Shown here: one piece after another, positions 19,832 to 26,265 of the stretch
Layout: each line of letters begins with the position of its first letter
How positions within the stretch are numbered: the stretch's first letter is position 1
Source of the DNA: Candidatus Heimdallarchaeota archaeon
GTDB taxonomy: Archaea; Asgardarchaeota; Heimdallarchaeia; JABLTI01
Assembly (NCBI GenBank): GCA_030614005.1
Contig: JAUWKS010000024.1
Coordinates: 16,166 to 48,165 of the forward strand
Reading direction: 5' to 3'
DNA length: 32,000 nucleotides
The notes under the pieces: model-generated
The model's database searches: none
Told to the model about the DNA's origin: nothing
The model's input: only the letters and a program-made list of their open reading frames with translations
Translations under genes and position numbers: made by a program

Positions 19832-20356
19832 TTATGCTAGTTGTTTTAAAACTTTTAAATCGAGGGATTCCTTATAATTTAACAGAATATTTTTGACATC
19901 AGTAATATCCTTTTCACTACGCATACCTGGCAGAAGTTTAGCAGTAATTTGTAATTCGGGGGTTGTAAGCCAAATATCTAAATCATCTAAAATTGTAATC
20001 TTAACTTTATTTGACATTGTCACTCTATCCAGAGAAGAATAAACCCCTTTAAAATCTACACGATAAAAGTAAGTTTGGGTATCAAAAGCAGTAATATGAC
20101 TTTTCTCAAGTAATCCTTGTAGCATGTCTTCTTTAATTAATTCAATATTAGAAGAGTGAAGACAATTTGTTAAATTTTTTATTTGGTCAGTATTCTTGAA
20201 GGATAAATCAACAATTACATCCAAATCTTCTGTTGAGCGAACAGAACCATAATAACTAGCTGCAATGGCACCAACAATACAGTAATCAATGGAAGCTTCA
20301 TTCAAACAATGAACAGTGCGTCGTATTAGTCGTTCAAAGGCGCCTATTTCGCTCAC
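19832..20356 (-). CDS. Minimal nucleotidyltransferase (DUF6036/MNT-like); probably truncated by a premature TAA (full end at 19790)
   Basis: YCIVGAIAASYYGSVRSTEDLDVIV (GxxxxxxxG...DxD) and KD..D. After the TAA the frame continues EFSVVEILERLLD*. Confidence 0.75.
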   Translation of the reverse strand: MSEIGAFERLIRRTVHCLNEASIDYCIVGAIAASYYGSVRSTEDLDVIVDLSFKNTDQIKNLTNCLHSSNIELIKEDMLQGLLEKSHITAFDTQTYFYRVDFKGVYSSLDRVTMSNKVKITILDDLDIWLTTPELQITAKLLPGMRSEKDITDVKNILLNYKESLDLKVLKQLA

Positions 20357-20516
20357 GATCTCTCACCAAATTTTTCAAATAATCAATACGTTCTGCAGGA
20401 CTAAGGGTAGAAAAACGAGCTTTAAGTGAACTAAGAAAAATAGCTAAAGCTGTGTTGGATAAATCACAAGTGATTTTTACTCGTTGTTCCGGAGATAACT
20501 TGGATTCAGGTGGCAA
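20334..20516 (-). CDS. Small helical partner protein upstream of the nucleotidyltransferase (toxin-antitoxin-like pair)
   Basis: 60 aa, LSPEQRVKITCDLS...LKARF...SPAERI; overlaps the nucleotidyltransferase start by 23 nt. Confidence 0.6.
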   Translation of the reverse strand: MPPESKLSPEQRVKITCDLSNTALAIFLSSLKARFSTLSPAERIDYLKNLVRDRERNRRL

Positions 20517-20585
20517 AATAAGAAACGTCCATATAAAGAATATAACTAAAATGAATATAAAAATTTAGTAGGCATTAGGAGAAAA

Positions 20586-20619
20586 TGGTAGCCGAGGCGG
20601 AATTCGAATCCGCGATCAC
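20586..20619 (-). repeat. tRNA 3'-end repeat R2
   Basis: TGGTAGCCGAGGCGGAATTCGAATCCGCGATCAC; 1 mismatch to consensus. Confidence 0.92.
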
Positions 20620-20661
20620 AATAGAAAATTAATAAGATGAATTATCAAAAATCAATTTTTC

Positions 20662-21324
20662 TTAATCGATTTCATCTAGCGCAGGAGATTCCAAAACATA
20701 GTCATCGACTTCTATGATTTCAGTATCTGTAGTTGATTCATCAAATAACTGGTGGTATTCTTCATTATCTATATCATCAAGCGGGTTGGAAACTCTCAAT
20801 GGATCAAATAAGTTAATTTCAGAAATCGCTGCAAAGAATCCTATTACTATCATAAGTCCAAAAATGATTGTCACTGAATAGAACAGCACACCTAATTTGT
20901 AAATGAGTGAAAATTTGTTTAGGTGGTTAATGAAATTAGCAAATAGCATCATTGCGATAAAACCTAATATGCCGCCAATCATATGAAGACCCCTTGTAAC
21001 TCTCCAAATAATTATTTGAGGTTTATAGGAGAAATTTTGAGAACGTGTCATTTGACCAACAGTAGTTGAAAATAAACCTCCGAGAATAAAGCCGGTAAAG
21101 AAAAGCGGTTTTATTGCAGCGGAAAAACCCCAAACAACATCATATGTATAACTTGTTGTTTCATATGTATGAGTATCCAATATAACAGAATAACCCCAAA
21201 TCCAGATACTTTCACTTAGGTTAAGTAGTTCACCTGAAGCAACTGGTAGAAGAAATATCAATCCAATTGAGAGATTTAGAAAAGGATACAATATACTAGC
21301 TATTTTAGGAAATTCGAATTTCAT
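20662..21324 (-). CDS. Hypothetical membrane protein (about 4 TM, acidic C-terminal tail), cassette cargo
   Basis: 220-aa ORF filling the R2-R3 interval; stop 42 bp from R2. Confidence 0.7.
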   Translation of the reverse strand: MKFEFPKIASILYPFLNLSIGLIFLLPVASGELLNLSESIWIWGYSVILDTHTYETTSYTYDVVWGFSAAIKPLFFTGFILGGLFSTTVGQMTRSQNFSYKPQIIIWRVTRGLHMIGGILGFIAMMLFANFINHLNKFSLIYKLGVLFYSVTIIFGLMIVIGFFAAISEINLFDPLRVSNPLDDIDNEEYHQLFDESTTDTEIIEVDDYVLESPALDEID

Positions 21325-21432
21325 TTAATGACACTTTCTTTATACCAGTAATAACAGTTGATTTAATATTTTTTGGTAAAAAGAAATGATCAAACAATTG
21401 GATATAAATAATACAAGATGAATAAATTAAAA

Positions 21433-21466
21433 TGGTGGCCGAGGCGGAATTCGAATCCGCGAACAC
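21433..21466 (-). repeat. tRNA 3'-end repeat R3
   Basis: TGGTGGCCGAGGCGGAATTCGAATCCGCGAACAC; 1 mismatch to consensus. Confidence 0.92.
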
Positions 21467-21535
21467 CATCTCCAAAAATAAAAAACCAAGTACTACTGCT
21501 CCTTGTTTATAAATGGAGGTTTTTATACTTGCATC

Positions 21536-21553
21536 CACTTAAGCTGTTAAGTG
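21536..21553. promoter_or_regulatory. Candidate autoregulatory operator of the cassette ArsR gene
   Basis: CACTTAA-GCTG-TTAAGTG, perfect 7-4-7 inverted repeat, just downstream of TTTTTATA (21520-21527) and upstream of an AGGTGAGG SD. Confidence 0.5.
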
Positions 21554-21590
21554 CTTATTTGGTATTACACCACAAACACAAGGTGAGGAT

Positions 21591-21875
21591 ATGTCAGAAG
21601 AAACAATGGTTATTGAGCCAGGCAGAACGAGTATAGTAGCTAAAGCTCTTAAAGCCAAGAGTCGCGTGATGATACTCAAAATCTTATATGAAGAGGATAT
21701 GAACATCACTAGTTTAGCTGAAAGGATGGGTATGTCAATTGCTGCAGTCAGCGAACACATCAAGATTCTAGTGGAGGCAGGGCTGACTACCATTCACTAC
21801 AAATCAGGCATGCATGGTGGTGTAAAGAAGGTTTGCAGTACTAATACCAAGAATGTTGTGTTTAACATAAGGTAG
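21591..21875 (+). CDS. Stand-alone ArsR-family wHTH regulator, cassette cargo
   Basis: AKALKAKSRVMILKILYEEDMNITSLAERMGMSIAAVSEHIKILVEAGL...GMHGGVKKVC; strong SD. Confidence 0.85.
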   Translation: MSEETMVIEPGRTSIVAKALKAKSRVMILKILYEEDMNITSLAERMGMSIAAVSEHIKILVEAGLTTIHYKSGMHGGVKKVCSTNTKNVVFNIR

Positions 21876-22035
21876 TTTCCAACATTCGTTCTTTCATTTA
21901 ACTATACGGACTGCAGAGTCTATAATCCAAAACAACTATTTACTTGTTAGCCAAACGACTTTTTGATTGTTTGGAATGTTTTCTGGACGACTTTCATAGA
22001 CAACCAATAGAGAGAGAAAAGAAGGGAAAAAATAT

Positions 22036-22069
22036 TGGTGACCGGGCCGAAATTCGAATCCGCGATCAC
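22036..22069 (-). repeat. tRNA 3'-end repeat R4 (chimera of tRNA-Pro and repeat consensus)
   Basis: TGGTGACCGGGCCGAAATTCGAATCCGCGATCAC; tRNA-Pro-type bases at positions 10 and 12, repeat-type bases at 20, 28 and 33. Confidence 0.88.
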
Positions 22070-22134
22070 TAAGATATAAGTTTGTCATTTATGAAACAAT
22101 TAAGAGATCAGGGAATCTAACCACATAAATTTGA

Positions 22135-22770
22135 TTATCTAGTGAACCTTTTTTCGTTCTTCTTTTCATTATCTAAAATTTGTTGTACTAACTCAACAAT
22201 AAAAGTTGAAGGATTACTATCAAGAGATAAGAGGTCAACACCTAAATCACGGTGTTGTCTATTTAATTTCCTAGCATTTATTATCGCACCACCTCTCTTA
22301 TCAAAAAGTGATTCAAAATACTCTTTCGATTTGTTATAGTTTGGAATATAATTAGTGAGTTTTTGAAGCAAATTAGACGTAGAGATTGGTGTATAGTAAT
22401 ACGTGTAATGAAGTAAATACCACAACTCGAAACAAGGATTTGATAAACAGAGATTGATATTAGATAGCTCAGCTGATTGTCTTGCTGCGGCAAGATTTGC
22501 AGGAGTATTATTATCGGCATCAAAAACACACCAAACTTGATCTCCATAGTCGAAATCTATCCCATATCTTTGTATTTGACTTATAGCAAATTTCACCAAA
22601 TTTCGTGGATCCGTAACATTTGTATTAGGAGTTAATATCATTAAACCATTATTCCGTTTCCTGTATTTATTAAAATACAACCGTTCAGTTTTTTGACCTT
22701 CACAAATTATTAGGAACATTGCGACTTGTTCTCGAACGCTAGTTTTTCTTGTGGAATAGCCTTTTGCCAT
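22135..22770 (-). CDS. rloB: RloB-family TOPRIM-like protein (AbiLii-like)
   Basis: FLIICEGQKTERLYF, VWCVFDAD, LSNPCFELWYLLHY, NPST. Confidence 0.88.
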   Translation of the reverse strand: MAKGYSTRKTSVREQVAMFLIICEGQKTERLYFNKYRKRNNGLMILTPNTNVTDPRNLVKFAISQIQRYGIDFDYGDQVWCVFDADNNTPANLAAARQSAELSNINLCLSNPCFELWYLLHYTYYYTPISTSNLLQKLTNYIPNYNKSKEYFESLFDKRGGAIINARKLNRQHRDLGVDLLSLDSNPSTFIVELVQQILDNEKKNEKRFTR

Positions 22771-22783
22771 TTTAACCCATTCC

Positions 22784-24007
22784 TCACCCAGTTATGAATG
22801 GTAAAGCACCATATCTTCCAGCGAGATACCCTCGCTCAATGTCTTTATCTTTCCTTGGACTAAATTCAGTCAACGAAAAGAGGTCAGTATTTCCATTCTC
22901 GTTATTTTTTTCAGTAAACCATACTTGATCTCTTCTAAACAGAGTCTGATCTAACAAATTGGTATTATGAGTAGTAAATATTAGCTGTGCATTTGTATTA
23001 AGATTACTTTGATTATGAAAGAGTTCAATTAAAAAAACATTCAATTTATGATGTAATTTGATATCCAATTCATCAATAACGATAATACGATTATGCTCTA
23101 AGGCATCTAACCAAGGACCAATTAGTGAGAAGAATCTTTTTGTACCTTCAGATTCTTCATCAAAGTAATCAAATAAAACACCTTTATGGGAGGTTTTTAT
23201 ATTGATCTCTTCTAGTGGCAAAGCTTTTACTAAGCTAATATAACTTCTAATTTCGGGAGGTAAGGATTCAGGGATTTTATTCAATAACTTTGAGTTTATT
23301 TTAATATCGACTAAAGCTAAATCAGCTTCTGATAATATTTTCAAAACTCGTTCCTTATTCTTGATACTTTTTTGAATATAAGCTAAGGTCGGTCGTTCAG
23401 AACCAATAGGTTGATATGAACTAATGAATTGTAATTGATCTTTAAACCAATAAAAAACAGGAAAAACAACTTTATAATTCTCTTGAGTAGCTTTTGATAA
23501 ATAAAGAGTATTATCTAGGGTTCGTTCAGCGATGAAGCTCTGAATGTTTTTATCTCGAGTAAATCGAAAGACATCCTTTTTTCTTTCGAAGAGCAATGCT
23601 CGTCGGGTATTGCCATACCAGTAAAGGGTTTCTTCGAGAATTTCTGCCCCATTAAAAGCTACTGAGTAATCGTATTTAATATTATTTTGAATGAAGATGA
23701 TTTGAAATTTGGTAGGAATTTGCAAACAATTCTTATCTAACTTGAAAGGCTCATACTTTATTCCCTGACCTTTCTGATGATTGTGCGAATTGAGAACAAG
23801 TGCTTTGAAGAAATAAAAAGCCTTAATTACATTGCTTTTACCAGAAGCATTAGCACCATAAATCACCGCACTACGTAATAAATTATCTGTCTTGAAACCA
23901 TTCGTAATAAGATTCTTCTGTAAAGAGTTATCTTTAGTAGCAACCATACTAAAAACTACTTTATCTTTGATAGACCGAAAATTCTCAATACTAAATTCAA
24001 CCAACAA
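22784..24007 (-). CDS. AAA_21/ABC-type ATPase (RloA/AbiLi-like), partner of RloB
   Basis: MLVEFSIENFRSIKD, IYGANASGKSN, EESEGTKR, IVIDELD, QLIFTTHN, RRDQVWF, YLAGRYGA; 13 bp upstream of rloB. Confidence 0.88.
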   Translation of the reverse strand: MLVEFSIENFRSIKDKVVFSMVATKDNSLQKNLITNGFKTDNLLRSAVIYGANASGKSNVIKAFYFFKALVLNSHNHQKGQGIKYEPFKLDKNCLQIPTKFQIIFIQNNIKYDYSVAFNGAEILEETLYWYGNTRRALLFERKKDVFRFTRDKNIQSFIAERTLDNTLYLSKATQENYKVVFPVFYWFKDQLQFISSYQPIGSERPTLAYIQKSIKNKERVLKILSEADLALVDIKINSKLLNKIPESLPPEIRSYISLVKALPLEEINIKTSHKGVLFDYFDEESEGTKRFFSLIGPWLDALEHNRIIVIDELDIKLHHKLNVFLIELFHNQSNLNTNAQLIFTTHNTNLLDQTLFRRDQVWFTEKNNENGNTDLFSLTEFSPRKDKDIERGYLAGRYGALPFITG

Positions 24008-24030
24008 AGTAAAACACCGTTAAATGTCAT

Positions 24031-24053
24031 TTTTTGTGATTTTTTCACAAAAA
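24031..24053. promoter_or_regulatory. Perfect 9-5-9 inverted repeat upstream of the ATPase-RloB operon
   Basis: TTTTTGTGA-TTTTT-TCACAAAAA, 23 bp before the TTG start and downstream of a TTATTAAA box on the minus strand. Confidence 0.5.
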
Positions 24054-24157
24054 CCAAGCTTTAATAATTAGCTTGTTTTATTTAAAGATTATGGAACACA
24101 TGAAGAAAAATATGCAAAAAACAATAGGAAAAAAGAGAAAAGAAGGAAAAAAAGTAT

Positions 24158-24191
24158 TGGTGGCCGAGGCGGAATTCGAGTCAGTAATCAC
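24158..24191 (-). repeat. tRNA 3'-end repeat R5 (T-stem 5' strand decayed)
   Basis: TGGTGGCCGAGGCGGAATTCGAGTCAGTAATCAC; 4 mismatches to consensus, clustered at positions 23-29. Confidence 0.88.
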
Positions 24192-24463
24192 TAGATGTTT
24201 ATTCTTCCAAAACAAGATTAGGGATCAAGGGAAAATATTTGGTCTTTTTATAGATAATCTCAGACATTTAATTGTACAATAATTTGTTGGTAGGTAGTAA
24301 TGAAAAACAGCACTATTACTAAAGAAGAATGTATTGAAATGATGAGTTTAGAGTTTCTTTTATTGAAGGATAATGTTCTCTCTCTCCGGAGATGTAAGGG
24401 ATGTTACTGCAGAGAAGAAAGTAGTAATATTAGGATACAGAAAGAATTGACTGATAAGGGAAA

Positions 24464-24571
24464 TGGTGGCCGGGCCGGAATTTGAATCCGGGATCTCCTA
24501 CTAATTCGCAATTGGGATTTCCTCCCATATTGTCCCAAAGCAGGAATCATACCGTGCTAGACTACCCGGCC
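24464..24571 (-). tRNA. tRNA-Pro: tRNA-Pro(UGG) with encoded CCA and a 31-nt intron
   Basis: Cloverleaf: acceptor GGCCGGG/CCCGGCC, anticodon stem CCTGC/GTAGG with loop TT-TGG-G|A, T-arm CCGGA-TTCAAAT-TCCGG, 3' ACCA; 77 nt mature. Confidence 0.93.
24503..24533 (-). other. tRNA intron at 37/38 with bulge-helix-bulge motif
   Basis: ACAATATGGGAGGAAATCCCAATTGCGAATT. Central helix TTTG/CGAA, 3-nt bulges GG|A and TT|A, outer helix CAAT/ATTG + TGGGA/TCCCA. Confidence 0.9.
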
Positions 24572-24720
24572 GTTTGTTTTGCTTTTCTAGCATTCTTTTA
24601 TCGTTCTTTTTTTCTTTTTGAATCTTTCGTTTAGTAGCGATTAGTTTAATTATCTTTTATTTTCTCTTGTTATTAAAAGGAAGCATAAAATTTAACTTAT
24701 TGGACTAGAAATTTATCTTC

Positions 24721-25101
24721 ATGTCTCTTGAACCTGTTGCAATAAGTATTCTTGTTCTTGTCTTCATCCAGATTTTACACATTTTCGAAGAAATAGCAAT
24801 GGAAGCTTATACTCTAATTCCGAAGGGTTCATTGTCAAAATATCTTCTAGCAGCATCGGGATTAGTGACCCTTAGTATGGTTACACTTCTGATGATTTTA
24901 TTTGAGTTAGTGGTTGGTTATTATTTCGGTTTGGTTGTATCGGTTTTGGCAATTGGTAATTTTCTTATACATACTATTGGGTTAATTAAGAATAAGAAAT
25001 TTAAAGGAACACTTGCTGCGGGGTTTTTTACAGGTATACTCCTTGGAGGCATGGGGGTCTTTACGTTTATCTTATTAATCCAAGTAATTATTACAAGCTA
25101 G
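24721..25101 (+). CDS. HXXEE-domain membrane protein
   Basis: QILHIFEE motif in the first TM helix; four TM segments. Confidence 0.75.
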   Translation: MSLEPVAISILVLVFIQILHIFEEIAMEAYTLIPKGSLSKYLLAASGLVTLSMVTLLMILFELVVGYYFGLVVSVLAIGNFLIHTIGLIKNKKFKGTLAAGFFTGILLGGMGVFTFILLIQVIITS

Positions 25102-25102
25102 G

Positions 25103-25330
25103 GTGTGTAGTGCAAAGTTGTCTCAAACAAAGGAGAAAGCATTAAAGAAGCAAGCAAAGAACATTTGGGGAACGAAGTGTAAAGAATGCGCTTATTCTGG
25201 CTCTTTAAAATATAGCTTCGTGTCAGAGAAGAGCTATAAAGCCATCATTACTGAATGTCCTAAATGTGGTTTTCTTATTTTTCTTGGAGAGGATGGAAAA
25301 CAGCGATGGGTTATCAGAGAAAAAAAATAA
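25103..25330 (+). CDS. Small zinc-ribbon protein (start uncertain)
   Basis: CKEC...CPKCG. Confidence 0.6.
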   Translation: MCSAKLSQTKEKALKKQAKNIWGTKCKECAYSGSLKYSFVSEKSYKAIITECPKCGFLIFLGEDGKQRWVIREKK

Positions 25331-25624
25331 ATAATGAATTTTTGTAAGAGCTATTTCAGTTTCAGGTCATATCTTATTCTACTACTAACTATAGATTGAC
25401 TATCAGAATATTTTTCATCTTTCCCGCATTTTGCACATTTGTCGTCGTTCTTCAAGACCTACACAAACTTTGTTTTCACTTATGATACTTTGAGAGATTA
25501 GATTAAAAAAACATTGGGAGGACTCAATGGTCTTTATAGATTTGTTGAGAACCAATAAAATTCTAAAATAAAAATAATTAATCCCTTTTCATTTAGGGAT
25601 TAGTTATTGATTACAGTAAATTCA

Positions 25625-26116
25625 CTATGGAATAGGCATTGCAGCTAAGGAAGCGCTTATACCACTTAATACTAATACAGCAACTCCTAAGAACAAATTT
25701 ATGGGTATTAAAATCATTCTTGCTTTCATTAGTGCTTTTGAAGTTGATTTCAATCTATCAAGGATTTGACTTCTAGTTAAAGCAATTACTACCATTAAAA
25801 TAACTAGAATGTGTTTTATATTAAGCACTATTGAATAATCATTTGTAAATGAAAAAAATCCATCATAGTGCTTTGCTAAAGCTTGAGTACTCATTAGTAT
25901 TCCTGTTACCATTAAGCCAACCATGCTTATGTAAACAACTATATTAAGTCTTTTTTCAGCTTTCTTTTGGAAAGCTAGTCCTTCTTTTTTATCTTCAAAA
26001 TATTTTCGAACTACTGGCACGAGAATTAAAACCATAAATGCCAGACCACCAATCCATAACGATGTAAACAGATCGTGCAAGAAATTTATCAAACCAAATA
26101 TTATTGGACTCGCCAT
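25625..26116 (-). CDS. CopD/DUF4149-like four-helix membrane protein
   Basis: FLHDLFTSLWIGGLAF, TGILM, LNIKHILV; GAGG SD. Confidence 0.7.
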   Translation of the reverse strand: MASPIIFGLINFLHDLFTSLWIGGLAFMVLILVPVVRKYFEDKKEGLAFQKKAEKRLNIVVYISMVGLMVTGILMSTQALAKHYDGFFSFTNDYSIVLNIKHILVILMVVIALTRSQILDRLKSTSKALMKARMILIPINLFLGVAVLVLSGISASLAAMPIP

Positions 26117-26136
26117 TGTGTAACCTCAGGGTTTCT

Positions 26137-26156
26137 TTGTTTAACATGTTTAACAA
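26137..26156. promoter_or_regulatory. Near-palindromic candidate operator upstream of the CopD-like gene
   Basis: TTGTTTAACATGTTTAACAA (also a tandem TGTTTAACA x2), immediately downstream of TAAATATAAAA on the minus strand. Confidence 0.45.
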
Positions 26157-26265
26157 GTTTTATATATTTAACGGTTCCTACTTTATTTATAATACAGTTA
26201 GTTTAAGAGCTGAGAATAGACACAGAATACAATTTTTAGCTGGAATTATGGACAGATAATCAACG

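Larger units (their letters stand above)
19737..24463 (-). mobile_element. Array of gene cassettes or non-autonomous integrative elements delimited by tRNA 3'-end repeats, downstream of tRNA-Pro; no integrase in the array
   Basis: Five direct repeats of a tRNA T-arm/acceptor/CCA at spacings 849, 847, 603, 2122 and 306 bp, each interval holding unrelated cargo. Confidence 0.75.

Noticed and set aside
19737-21433. Near-identical spacings of 849 and 847 bp as a sign of duplication or size selection
   Set aside because: The two intervals share no visible sequence similarity and the other spacings differ widely, so it is probably coincidence.
19737-24191. 34-bp hairpin-forming direct repeats as a CRISPR array
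   Set aside because: Intervals are 0.3-2.1 kb and contain whole genes, the repeat is a tRNA 3' end, and there are no cas genes in the window.
19737-24191. Repeats as split-tRNA 3' halves for trans-splicing
   Set aside because: Homology stops in the variable loop with no anticodon-stem strand, no BHB-forming leader is seen, and several copies are decayed.
19531-24485. Short ORFs 19531..19770, 21305..21538, 21418..21636, 24073..24282 and 24300..24485 sharing ADSNSASATI / AEAEFES / WWPRRNSNP peptides
   Set aside because: The shared peptides are translations of the DNA repeat or the tRNA antisense strand; there is no other coding support.
25349-25453. Tiny minus-strand frame with CAKC (about 34 aa, TTG start; coordinates approximate)
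   Set aside because: A single CxxC, very short, and no SD or partner motif.
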